Source of the DNA: Vulcanimicrobiota bacterium
GTDB lineage: Bacteria > Vulcanimicrobiota > Xenobia > Xenobiales > JADMJV01
Assembly (NCBI GenBank): GCA_050250895.1
Contig: JBFWNU010000001.1
Span: 2,948,891-3,012,890 of the forward strand
DNA: 64,000 nucleotides
Direction: 5' to 3'
In this document: in pieces, positions 53,358-62,434 of the stretch
How the letters are laid out: every line of letters starts with the position of its first letter
Numbering within the stretch: the first letter of the stretch is position 1
Notes under the pieces: generated by a model
Seen by the model: only the letters and a program-made list of their open reading frames with translations
Told to the model about the DNA's origin: nothing
Database searches by the model: none
Made by a program: the position numbers and the translations under genes

Positions 53358-54618
53358 GCTAGAGGCATACCTCGCACGTCTGTCGGCCGGAGATAGCCTC
53401 GAGCCCGGCCGGTTTACCATCGACCTCGAGAGGGCCCGCCGACAGCTGCGCGAGCACCGCTCGGCCGAACCTGCCTTCTATCTGCTCAAGGTGTTCCAGG
53501 CCCTGGTAGCGGGCGGCGCCCTGCGCATCGACCTCCACCTCAACTTCGCCGGAGTGAGGATGGCGGCCGAGGTCGACGCAGGCAGCCTGCTTACCGATCA
53601 GGCCGAGTTGATGCGGGCCATCAGCGAGCCAGATCCTCACGGGGCGCTGCGCCACCTGGCCATCGGACTCGACGCCTGTGCCAGCCAGAGCGTGGGCTGG
53701 GGGGTATGGACCGACAGGTGGGGGTGGAGCCTTAGCCTGCGCGAAGACCAGCTCGAGACCCAGCAATTAACGGCCCAGCCGAGCTGGGCTAAAGAGGGAC
53801 ACTGGGTCGAATTTCGTCTGCAGCGGCGCAGCCTGGGTTCTCTGGCAGGATTGCTGAGCGAACGCAAGGCGGTCAGCGACCGCTGCCAGTATTGCCCGGT
53901 TCCGGTTCGCCTTGATGATGTCGAGCTACCATCGGGCTGGAGAGTTCCTGAGGGCGACGAGGACTTTCCTGGGTTTCACCTGGCCGAGCGCTACCTCTGC
54001 GAGCCTCGGGGACCGGTGGGCATGACGGTTCGCGAAGACCTCGCTCTGGTCACCCAGCGCGAAGCCATCCAGCCCCGCGAGGCTGCTACCACCTACCAGA
54101 TTCAGTTGGTCGGCGCCCAGCGAGGCGGGCGGTTGCGCTGCCGCATGGCGCTGGCCCTGCCTCACCCCCAGAAGGGTTCCGACCGGCTGACCGCCGTCAA
54201 GGCCGGAGTGACCACCATGCCTCACACCATCGCCGCCGAGGGTCGTGGCCTGGAGGTGGTGGTCGAGGGTGACCACCTCACCACCGACCTGTCCGAGTTC
54301 GGGCTAGTCGAGGACGAGGCCCTGGCCGAGACGGTGGCCGAGGCGGCCCGCCAGGCAGTGGCTATGATCGACGAGCTACAAGACGCTCTCGGTCAGCTGC
54401 CCCGGCATTACCACAGCGACGCGCCTGTCTTTATCACCCTCAACCTGAGCCTGGGCGTGCTTTTTCCTCTGCTCATCCCGGTGGGCCTTGGTGAGTGGAT
54501 CTATTCTCGCCGCCGCCAGGCCCGAATCGAGCGCGAGACGCCAGACTACCGGCTCCGGGTCGGCTCCGAACTCGAGCGCACGCGCGAGCACCTGAAGAAA
54601 CTGGTTGCGCCTGGGTAG
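53350..54618 (+). CDS. Degenerate GHKL-like family protein with C-terminal hydrophobic segment
   Basis: GRFTIDLERA...PAFYLLKVFQALVAGGA, HLAIGL and LTTDLSEFGLVED motifs. Confidence 0.7.
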   Translation: MSELEAYLARLSAGDSLEPGRFTIDLERARRQLREHRSAEPAFYLLKVFQALVAGGALRIDLHLNFAGVRMAAEVDAGSLLTDQAELMRAISEPDPHGALRHLAIGLDACASQSVGWGVWTDRWGWSLSLREDQLETQQLTAQPSWAKEGHWVEFRLQRRSLGSLAGLLSERKAVSDRCQYCPVPVRLDDVELPSGWRVPEGDEDFPGFHLAERYLCEPRGPVGMTVREDLALVTQREAIQPREAATTYQIQLVGAQRGGRLRCRMALALPHPQKGSDRLTAVKAGVTTMPHTIAAEGRGLEVVVEGDHLTTDLSEFGLVEDEALAETVAEAARQAVAMIDELQDALGQLPRHYHSDAPVFITLNLSLGVLFPLLIPVGLGEWIYSRRRQARIERETPDYRLRVGSELERTREHLKKLVAPG

Positions 54619-54705
54619 GACAAGAAAGAAGCCCAAGCAAGAGACTCCGGTGACAGGGGTTAGCTGTCGGGAGTCCTCACTTGAGCACCGAGGAGTCTAG
54701 TGGAT

Positions 54706-55428
54706 TCAGGCTCGAAGGAAGGGCGAAATGTCGTGGTCCGAGTCGGAAGGGTAGGCCTGGGTCACCGCAATCGGCGGGGGACCAATGGGAGGCTTGAAGC
54801 CACCGTCGTGGTCGGAGTCGGACGGGTAGGCCATGGTGGCGATGGGCGGGCCGCCGGGGCGAGGGCCGTTGTCGGTATCCGAGTCGGACGGGTAGGCCAT
54901 GGTGGCGATGGGCGGGCCGCCGGGGCGGGGTCCGTTGTCGTGGTCCGAGTCGGAAGGATAGGCCTGAGTGGTGGCGATGGGCGGGCCGCCGGGGCGGGGT
55001 CCGTTGTCGTGGTCGGAGTCGGAAGGATAGGCCTGAGTGGTGGCGATGGGCGGGCCGCCGGGGCGGGGTCCGTTGTCATGGTCCGAGTCGGAAGGATAGG
55101 CCTGAGTGGTGGCGATGGGCGGGCCGCCGGGGCGCGGACCGTTGTCGTGGTCGGAGTCGGAAGGATAGGCCTGGGTCACTGCGATGGGGGGGCGACCGAC
55201 CTTGTGCTGGTCTTCCAGAAAGCGGTTGAAGAACGGCGAGGGTGCGGGGGCGGGTTGGCCGCCGGCGAAGTCGCCCCAGCGACGACCCATCAGCTGGCTC
55301 GAGGCCAGCAGTTGCAGCAAGTCGGGCAGTCCGAAGGAGGGGGCGGCCGGAGCGCTAGCCGGCTGGGAGGGGAAAGGGTTGAAGGAAGGGACGTAGTTCT
55401 GGGCGGGTTGAAATCTCTGAATTTCCAC
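54706..55428 (-). CDS. Multi-core microviridin/marinostatin-like (graspetide) precursor peptide
   Basis: PFFNRFLEDQ leader motif followed by seven T(Q/M)AYPSDSD cores; GTG start with AGGAGAG RBS. Confidence 0.82.
   Translation of the reverse strand: MEIQRFQPAQNYVPSFNPFPSQPASAPAAPSFGLPDLLQLLASSQLMGRRWGDFAGGQPAPAPSPFFNRFLEDQHKVGRPPIAVTQAYPSDSDHDNGPRPGGPPIATTQAYPSDSDHDNGPRPGGPPIATTQAYPSDSDHDNGPRPGGPPIATTQAYPSDSDHDNGPRPGGPPIATMAYPSDSDTDNGPRPGGPPIATMAYPSDSDHDGGFKPPIGPPPIAVTQAYPSDSDHDISPFLRA
54728..55195 (-). repeat. Tandem 66-69-bp coding repeats encoding the core peptides
   Basis: GPRPGGPPIAT(TQ/M)AYPSDSD(H/T)DN units. Confidence 0.95.
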
Positions 55429-55555
55429 GGTTGTGCTCTCTCCTGCGGCTGGTTTTGTTGGGATCATCTTAGCGGGTGAGCTTCCACCGTTCTTCCAAAC
55501 GGGGACCCACATGTTACAAGAATGTGAAACTGTGGATCGCGCCGAACTCGATGGC

Positions 55556-56152
55556 ATGCGCTCGGGACTTATTCAACTGGTGATGGTTGGCCTCGCGGCG
55601 GCCGGATTGGGCTGGTGGTTTTCCCCTCCCCCCGCGAGCGATATCCAGATCGTCCAGCAGGGACGCCGTCAGACCGTTAGCCCCGGCGGGGTGATCCATC
55701 TTCGCCGGGGCCCGTTCAAATTGGTCTTTCCCTTGCGTGCCTATCATGACGGCGAGGCCAGTATTCGGGTCGCCGGCGCGGCCTCACCACCCCCCGATAT
55801 CGGTAGCGGAGGGCCCTTCACCGAGGACGAAACCTTCGGGGAAGCCCGTGGTCTAGCGGCAGCCGGTGAGTATGATCCGTTCTATCTAAGTTGGCAATGT
55901 CACCACTACGTCATCTATGCCCCACGAGAGCCCGACACCAGCCGCGCTACTCTCGAGCAGGACCTGGGTAAGGGGCTGTATCAGGTCAGCTGGACCATCA
56001 AGCACTTTGCCAGGTGGGAGATGGACAGCGACGATCAGCAACTGCTCGAGACCGTGCCCAATCTGTATGTGCGAATGCTCGACGACCGTGACACGGACGG
56101 AGTGATAGACCCTGGAGAAGTGGTGGATTTCGAGGTGCGCTGGGATGATTAG
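55556..56152 (+). CDS. Hypothetical membrane-anchored or exported protein
   Basis: N-terminal hydrophobic segment; C-terminal DRDTDGVIDPGE acidic, Ca-binding-like loop. Confidence 0.65.
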   Translation: MRSGLIQLVMVGLAAAGLGWWFSPPPASDIQIVQQGRRQTVSPGGVIHLRRGPFKLVFPLRAYHDGEASIRVAGAASPPPDIGSGGPFTEDETFGEARGLAAAGEYDPFYLSWQCHHYVIYAPREPDTSRATLEQDLGKGLYQVSWTIKHFARWEMDSDDQQLLETVPNLYVRMLDDRDTDGVIDPGEVVDFEVRWDD

Positions 56153-56705
56153 ATGGCTATTGTTGTTGCTGTTGTTGGTTCAGCCGGCGCTGGCCGACGT
56201 GCGTTTCAAGGCCAAAGGGGCGAGCTTTACGCTGGTGGCCGGCAAAGAGGCCAGCAAGTTCAAGCTCGTCGACGGCAAAGGCAAGACGGTGGCTACCTAC
56301 AAGCTCAAGAAAGACCTGGTGCTGGTCTCGGACGGACAGCACCAAGAGGTCTACAAGCTCAAGCGCAAGCCCGACGGTTTCGATGTGCGCGGACCCGACA
56401 GTAAAGCCAAGCGTCTCTATCTGTTTCGGCGCAAAGACAAGACCGACTGGAACATCGCTGATGGGCGCGAAGTGCGAGTGATGACCGTGAGATTGCGCAA
56501 AGGCGCCTACGAACTCGATGACAAGACGGTGAGCAAAGTTCGCCTGGTGGGCGACAAGCTGGCCTTCTTCGACAAAGCCGGCAAAAGCGCTGGCGAGTTG
56601 AGCGGCACCAAGGACCTCGAGGCCGGCACCTGGATGGGGGTCGGGCAGTTCGACCCCGCTTTGCGCGGCGCGCTGTTCCTCTATCTCTCCAAGGTTGACA
56701 ACTAG
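56145..56705 (+). CDS. Hypothetical secreted Lys-rich beta protein
   Basis: Signal peptide MIRWLLLLLLLVQPALA. Confidence 0.75.
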   Translation: MIRWLLLLLLLVQPALADVRFKAKGASFTLVAGKEASKFKLVDGKGKTVATYKLKKDLVLVSDGQHQEVYKLKRKPDGFDVRGPDSKAKRLYLFRRKDKTDWNIADGREVRVMTVRLRKGAYELDDKTVSKVRLVGDKLAFFDKAGKSAGELSGTKDLEAGTWMGVGQFDPALRGALFLYLSKVDN

Positions 56706-57856
56706 AACCTGCGGAGGGGCAGGCGCTCGAGGTGGCGGTGAGGACCGCTATCGGTGACGTAGAATGCCCGCCAGCGCACTGTCTCGAAATCGCTGACCAT
56801 TTCCAGGACTTGCTCCTTGAGCCACTCCATCCGCTCCTGAAAGGCCCTGTTCCTGACCAGGCCATAGCCTGAGGCGTCGGTGGTCAGGCCGTCGCTGGCG
56901 CAGACCCCGGTGACGCCCGGGCATCCCAGATCGAGACGAGCCACCTCGATCAGCAGGCCCCGTTTGACGAAGGCGATGGTGGCCTCGCCCAACAGGTCGT
57001 AGCGAATGGCCAGCATGGCTCGACAGAACTGGCCTTCTCCAGTCTTGCGCAGGAGCACGGTGTTGGCCCCATCGCGCAAGGTCAGATGGATTTCCGTGCG
57101 CTTTGGACAAAAGTCGGTCTCGGTCACCAGGTGCATGGGCCGGCGCGCCCTGGGGTCGGGCGCCTGAATGGCGGCGGTTGCGTCCAGGTCGGAGCTATAG
57201 ATGAAGCGCTCGACCAGATGGAAGTCGGCGCTAGGGTAGCTGGAGGCTGGACCGCGAGGGGCCCCCAGTGTCGGGACCTCGAGTCGCTTGCCATCCAGCC
57301 AGATGGGAATGGCTACATAGGCGAATCCCGTGGTGAGCATCCGATGTTCAGCGGCCCGCTCCCCAGCCCCGAAAAGCCGCTGCCACAACGCGGCCGGGCG
57401 CTGGCGCACCAGTCGAATGTAGAAGGCTTCACTCTTGTTCACCTGGCTCAGGGTGTTGGTCTGGCCCAACCGCAGTAGTTGGTTATGACCCAGGATCTCG
57501 ATGCCCTCGATCTGGGCGGCGAAGGCTGACGCCAGGCCGGTGGCCAGATCGCGCCAGCATCCCGAGGCGGCCAGAGGATTGGCCAGGGCGGGCTGGAGAG
57601 TGGCCAGAAAGTCGGGCGCGATGGGATGGGCTTCTACTAGCAGGTCGTGGCGGCCCAGTCGAACGTTGATGGCGGCCGTATGGAGCCCGACCAACCCCTG
57701 CAGGATCTTCTGCAGGTAATAGCCGGGTCGTTCGAGCTGGTAGTTGGCCAGTTTCTCGCGTGCTCGGATAAAGTCGAGAGTGAACGCGCCGGAGGAGTCG
57801 AGCTGTCCTTCCTCGCGCTTTGCTTTGAGCAAAGCCTCGAACTCGCGCCGACTCAT
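56702..57856 (-). CDS. Degenerate GHKL-like family protein
   Basis: EGQLDSSGAFTLD..RAREKL..YQL..PGYYLQKILQ, DLATGL and GLTTDAS motifs. Confidence 0.75.
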   Translation of the reverse strand: MSRREFEALLKAKREEGQLDSSGAFTLDFIRAREKLANYQLERPGYYLQKILQGLVGLHTAAINVRLGRHDLLVEAHPIAPDFLATLQPALANPLAASGCWRDLATGLASAFAAQIEGIEILGHNQLLRLGQTNTLSQVNKSEAFYIRLVRQRPAALWQRLFGAGERAAEHRMLTTGFAYVAIPIWLDGKRLEVPTLGAPRGPASSYPSADFHLVERFIYSSDLDATAAIQAPDPRARRPMHLVTETDFCPKRTEIHLTLRDGANTVLLRKTGEGQFCRAMLAIRYDLLGEATIAFVKRGLLIEVARLDLGCPGVTGVCASDGLTTDASGYGLVRNRAFQERMEWLKEQVLEMVSDFETVRWRAFYVTDSGPHRHLERLPLRRF

Positions 57857-57923
57857 GGGCTGCCTTTTCGCGTCAGGGCATTCCGGGCCCTTCGCAGGGG
57901 CGGTTGGCCGCGGCGCGAAGGCG

Positions 57924-59591
57924 ATGGTCTTGGCGGACTCACTAGCTCAATTCCTGGACCAGGCGCGCGCCTCTGGCAAGCTCGAGTCGACCGGCAGGTT
58001 CAGCCTCAACGTTGACCGGGCCAACCACCTGTTGCGGGACCTCCAACTGGCCGACCGCAGCTACTATCTGCTCAAGCTGGCTCAAGCGGGCGTGGTGGGC
58101 GAGGCCAGCTGGATTTCCTATCGTTTGAGCTACGATCGAGTGGAGATTTTTCTGCGCGGCGGAGACCTCGAGCTGTTTGATACCTCCGAGGTGCTGGCGG
58201 CCCTGACCCAACAGGAGGTCCTGCTGGGCGATTCGGCCCTGTCTCATCTGGCCGTTGGACTCAACGCCGCTCTGGCCACTCGACCCAACGCCGTGGAGTG
58301 GACCGTCTGGAACGCCTGGCGCCAGGAACGACTGCGCCTGGATGGGCAGGGAACGTCGCTCGAACGACTGCGCGAGGCGCCCTGGCAGGGAGGGCAGTCG
58401 GGCTACAGCCTGGTTCTGCATCGAAACCCACCGCCGCCTCCGCCTCCGCCCGAGGAGCCGACCTTTTGGGAGCGTCTCAAAGGCTGGGTCGAAGGCAAGG
58501 CGGTGCAAGCCGCCTCGGTCAGCGAAGAGCATCGGACCCTCTCGACCCGGCTGGCGTACTGCCCGATTCGGGTCGAGGTCGACGGGCGGGTGGTCAACGC
58601 CCCCGATCTGGGGGGCAACCGGACCAATCCCAGGAACCTTCATGAGTATGAAGTCTTTCTCCATTGTGGCGGACCCAATGTCCTGGCCTTTGCGCCCACG
58701 ACAGGCCGGGCCGAGGCGACCCGCTCCAGCGACCGCTTCGAGCGGGTCGGGACCACCTGGCGCAAATCGCTAGACAACGAGTGGCTGCGCGGTTGCCTGA
58801 TGGCGGCCGTTCCTTCTCGGGGCGGCGGCCTGGCCCAGGTCACCTTCGTTCACTTCGGGGTTAGCCTTGACCCGGTGACCGTCGACCTGCGTGCTCCGGG
58901 GGCGTTGGTGGTCTCGTCCACGGCCGGTCTTTCCACCGATCTTAGCCAGCGCTCGATCGCTCAGAATCAAGCCTTCGACCAGTGGACGGACGAGGTCGGC
59001 GAGTGGCTGTGGGGCACGCCTTCGACCGCCTTCCTGGTGCATCACACCGAGCCGGCGCCGCCCTACGCCAGCCTGGGTGACTTGCCGAAGGGCGACGAAT
59101 GGAGCCTGACCTTCGATAGCGACGGAGCGCCCAAGACCCTGCTCCATCCCAGCGGAACCTCGCTTTCCTTTTCGCCGGCTCGATTGCAGGTGCCGCCGGG
59201 CCGCTGGCCTTTGGCGCCTCCCCAGAGCCTCACTCCCCGTCGTTGGCGCGAGTGGCTGGCCGGTGCCCTGCGCTGCCTGGCCGATGGGGGCCGGGTGCGC
59301 ATTACTCATCACTTTCTCAAGGGGCCTTACGTCGAGGAGGGCGACGGAGTCCTGGCTCGGTTCGAGAACGATCATCTGGTCTATCTGGCGGTCCATCGCG
59401 ACGGCCGGCCGGCGGGCTGGATCCTCGAGCTTCGCGAACCCCACCAGGGACAGGTCAGCCACGTAACCTCCACGTGGGATGAACGTTATTCCAATGGCGA
59501 AGTCATCCAGGGCGAGACCCACCTGCCGAAGATCTGGTCCGAGTGGGTCGAGGCCTGGATCGAGGCAGTCTACCGCGACACCCAGCTTTAG
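57924..59591 (+). CDS. Degenerate GHKL-like family protein with C-terminal extension
   Basis: SGKLESTGRFSLN...YYLLKLAQAGV, HLAVGLNAAL, YCPI.V.VDG and GLSTDLS motifs. Confidence 0.75.
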   Translation: MVLADSLAQFLDQARASGKLESTGRFSLNVDRANHLLRDLQLADRSYYLLKLAQAGVVGEASWISYRLSYDRVEIFLRGGDLELFDTSEVLAALTQQEVLLGDSALSHLAVGLNAALATRPNAVEWTVWNAWRQERLRLDGQGTSLERLREAPWQGGQSGYSLVLHRNPPPPPPPPEEPTFWERLKGWVEGKAVQAASVSEEHRTLSTRLAYCPIRVEVDGRVVNAPDLGGNRTNPRNLHEYEVFLHCGGPNVLAFAPTTGRAEATRSSDRFERVGTTWRKSLDNEWLRGCLMAAVPSRGGGLAQVTFVHFGVSLDPVTVDLRAPGALVVSSTAGLSTDLSQRSIAQNQAFDQWTDEVGEWLWGTPSTAFLVHHTEPAPPYASLGDLPKGDEWSLTFDSDGAPKTLLHPSGTSLSFSPARLQVPPGRWPLAPPQSLTPRRWREWLAGALRCLADGGRVRITHHFLKGPYVEEGDGVLARFENDHLVYLAVHRDGRPAGWILELREPHQGQVSHVTSTWDERYSNGEVIQGETHLPKIWSEWVEAWIEAVYRDTQL

Positions 59592-59622
59592 GTCGTCCTT
59601 GCCGGTAGTCAAAGGGGGTTAC

Positions 59623-60978
59623 TTGAGCGATGGCGAAATCGTCAGAGTGAACGAGTCTGACCCGCTCCCAGCGGAGAACGCTGAAGAACTCCCTCCCGAC
59701 CCTCCTGAACCTCCCCGGGCGCCGCCCTTCTTCGGGCCGCTGCGCGCTTTGCTAGCCTTTCTCGTCTATCAGTTCAGCTTCATTATGGGCGGCTTCGCGG
59801 TGGGTTTCGCCTATGGCATCAAGCTGGCCATCGACGGGGCCACGTCCTTCGAAAACACCCCCGAGTTGACGACCGTGCTCCACCCCTGGGTGCTGCTGGT
59901 GGGGGGACCTCTGGGAACCGTGATGTTGGGGCTCTATCTCTATCTGAGCTTACAGGGCGACCTGGCGCGCCTGGGCATGGTGGTGGCCGAACGGGCTCAC
60001 CTGATCAAGGCCGGGTTGATGGGAGCAGTGTTGGGCGGGGGGTTTTCGTGGTGGTCGCACCACACGGCTCCCAAGCCCGATTTCGAGCCGGGACCGCTGG
60101 TTCAGATGGCCACCTCCTCATCGATGGGTCAAACCGCCTGGCTGGTGATGGCCCTGCTGGTCGCCCCCATTGCCGAAGAGCTTCTCTTTCGCGGAGCCAT
60201 CTTCGAGGGGTTGAAGGCGCGACTGACGGCTTATCCTTCGGCCATCATCGTGACGATTCTGTTCTCGTTGCTGCACCTGGGCGAGACGGGCGGGCACTGG
60301 CCAGCCGTGCTGAGTGTGACGCTGCTGGGGGTGGTGCTGATGGCCCTGCGTTTACACACCGGCTCACTCTGGCCGTCGATGGTTTGCCACTTCTGCTACA
60401 ACCTGGCCCTGGCCCTCACTTTCTTGCTATTGACAGGGCCTCTGGCCGGTCCTCGGGTGAAAGCCATGCGGGCCGTCCAGGCGGGTGAGAAAGAGCAGGC
60501 TCTGGTCTATCTCGAGAAGGCTATCGCGGCCGAACCCCAGGACGGCAATCTCTACGCCCTGCGCGGACAGCTCAAAGCCAAGCTGAATCGATTGGATGGG
60601 GCCATGGAGGATTTCGACCGGGCCCTCGAACTGGGCGTGCCCAAGCCCAGAATCCTCAACGAGAAGGCCTATTTCCTGGCCACCGCCGGCCGCTACGAAG
60701 AAGCCCTCGAGCCGGCTCGCGAAGCGGCCAGACTATCCCCCGAGTCAGCCAACGTGCAGGACACGCTGGCCTACACCCTGGCCGGGATGAAGCGTTACGA
60801 CGAAGCCCTCGAGGTCTATGAACTGGCCCTCGAGCTCGATCCGGACCACGCTTATGCGCACTACGGCCGGGGGCTGGTATATCGCGAGCTAGGGCGGACT
60901 GATGAGGCCGAGGTCGAGGTTGAGGTGGGCCTGGAGCTCGACCCCTCTTTGCAAGAAGAGTGGGTTGACTGGAAGTAG
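59623..60978 (+). CDS. CPBP (CAAX protease-like) intramembrane metalloprotease with C-terminal TPR repeats
   Basis: EELLFRG, FSLLH and HFCYN motifs; several TM helices; TPRs. Start uncertain (59623 or 59647). Confidence 0.88.
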   Translation: MSDGEIVRVNESDPLPAENAEELPPDPPEPPRAPPFFGPLRALLAFLVYQFSFIMGGFAVGFAYGIKLAIDGATSFENTPELTTVLHPWVLLVGGPLGTVMLGLYLYLSLQGDLARLGMVVAERAHLIKAGLMGAVLGGGFSWWSHHTAPKPDFEPGPLVQMATSSSMGQTAWLVMALLVAPIAEELLFRGAIFEGLKARLTAYPSAIIVTILFSLLHLGETGGHWPAVLSVTLLGVVLMALRLHTGSLWPSMVCHFCYNLALALTFLLLTGPLAGPRVKAMRAVQAGEKEQALVYLEKAIAAEPQDGNLYALRGQLKAKLNRLDGAMEDFDRALELGVPKPRILNEKAYFLATAGRYEEALEPAREAARLSPESANVQDTLAYTLAGMKRYDEALEVYELALELDPDHAYAHYGRGLVYRELGRTDEAEVEVEVGLELDPSLQEEWVDWK

Positions 60979-61021
60979 CGGCCGGCCAGGACCCGGGAGG
61001 GCTGGTCGGGAAGCGGCCAGG

Positions 61022-62257
61022 GTGAGCCCAGTAGAACAGCAGATTGAAGAGGTCTATCGGCAAGAGTCGCGCCGGGTGTTCGCCACCCTGGTGCGAGTGC
61101 TGGGCGACTTCGAGTTGGCGGAAGAGGCGCTGGGCGACGCCTTCGCGGCGGCTGTCAAGCAGTGGCCTCAAGAGGGAGTGCCGGGCAATCCTCGCAGCTG
61201 GCTGATTTCGGCCGGGCGTTTTCGGGCTATTGATGCCATGCGGCGCAACTCGAGGTTTGCCGAGCGCCTCGAGGTGCTGGCCCTGCAGCAGGACGAGGTG
61301 GCCCAGGCCAACGCCGAGCGCGAGCAGCTCGATGTAGAAGATGACCGGCTGCGGTTGATCTTCACTTGCTGTCACCCGGCTCTGGCTCCCGACATCCAGC
61401 TGGCCCTGACCTTGCGCGAGGTGTGTGGCTTGACCACCGACGAAGTAGCCAGCGCCTTTCTGGTCAATCCCACCACGATGGCCCAACGTCTGGTGCGCGG
61501 CAAAGCCAAGATTCGGGCCGCCGGCATTCCCTATGAAGTACCCCAGGCAGAGCAGCTGCCCGAACGGCTCGAGGCCGTCCTGGCGGTGATCTATCTGGTC
61601 TTTAACGAAGGTTACTCGCCCACCGCCGGAGAGGCTCCGACCCGGGCCGACCTCTCGGGTGAAGCCATCCGATTGGGTCGTTTGCTGCTCGAACTGCTGC
61701 CCGAGCCCGAGGTGAAAGGGCTGCTGGCCTTGATGCTCCTGCACGAATCGCGGCGCCGGGCCCGCACCTCGGATCAGGGCGAGGTGGTGCTGCTCGAGCA
61801 CCAGGACCGCTCGCTTTGGGACCGCGGCTTGATCGACGAAGGAAAGAAGCTCATCGAAGAGGCGCTGGCCTCGCGGCGCTTTGGGGTCTATACCGTGCAA
61901 GCGGCCATCTCGGCGGTGCACGCCGAGGCAGCCACTCCCGAAGCCACCGATTGGGCCCAAATCGTGGCTCTCTATGACCTCCTCGTGCGAGCCGAAGAGT
62001 CGCCGGTGGTCGAGCTCAATCGGGCTGTGGCCGTGGCCATGCGAGACGGGCCCGAGGCAGGTCTCGCCCTGGTCGACGCCATCCTCGAGCGCGGCGATTT
62101 GCAGGGATATCGGTTGGCCCACGCTGCCCGGGCTGACTTGTGCCGGCGGCTCGGTCGCAACCAGCAGGCGCGGGCTGCCTATGAGCGAGCCCTAGAGCTG
62201 ACCACGCAAGAGGCCGAGCGACGCTTTCTCGAAGGGCGTCTGCGCGAGCTAGGCTAA
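61022..62257 (+). CDS. ECF42-type sigma factor with TPR-like C-terminal extension
   Basis: [30 protein letters not shown] and LNRAVAV motifs. Confidence 0.92.
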   Translation: MSPVEQQIEEVYRQESRRVFATLVRVLGDFELAEEALGDAFAAAVKQWPQEGVPGNPRSWLISAGRFRAIDAMRRNSRFAERLEVLALQQDEVAQANAEREQLDVEDDRLRLIFTCCHPALAPDIQLALTLREVCGLTTDEVASAFLVNPTTMAQRLVRGKAKIRAAGIPYEVPQAEQLPERLEAVLAVIYLVFNEGYSPTAGEAPTRADLSGEAIRLGRLLLELLPEPEVKGLLALMLLHESRRRARTSDQGEVVLLEHQDRSLWDRGLIDEGKKLIEEALASRRFGVYTVQAAISAVHAEAATPEATDWAQIVALYDLLVRAEESPVVELNRAVAVAMRDGPEAGLALVDAILERGDLQGYRLAHAARADLCRRLGRNQQARAAYERALELTTQEAERRFLEGRLRELG

Positions 62258-62261
62258 GGGA

Positions 62262-62292
62262 AAGCGCCCGGAGGTGACGTCTCCGGGCGCTT
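62262..62292. terminator. Strong hairpin after the sigma factor gene
   Basis: aagcgcccggag-N7-ctccgggcgctt, a 12-bp perfect stem. Confidence 0.6.
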
Positions 62293-62434
62293 AGGGATTG
62301 GGTTGTTCTAAAAGAATGTCATAACCATGCCGTTTTGGGGAGCCTTCGCACGGGTGCGGAGGGGGCATACCATGGTGGACTCCACCAACCGATGACCAGC
62401 AGGGTCGGGGCGGTCCGAGCACAAAAATGGGGGC

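Noticed and set aside
54640-54684. Riboswitch in the hairpin between convergent genes
   Set aside because: It lies 3' of both genes and has no recognisable aptamer; probably a terminator-like stem.
54728-55195. CRISPR or non-coding tandem repeat; + strand Gly/Val/Arg ORF 54700-55479
   Set aside because: Units are multiples of 3 with synonymous variation in the minus frame, which has an RBS and RiPP motifs; the + ORF is its shadow.
60656-62122. 488-aa minus-strand ORF
   Set aside because: Shadow of the ECF sigma gene.
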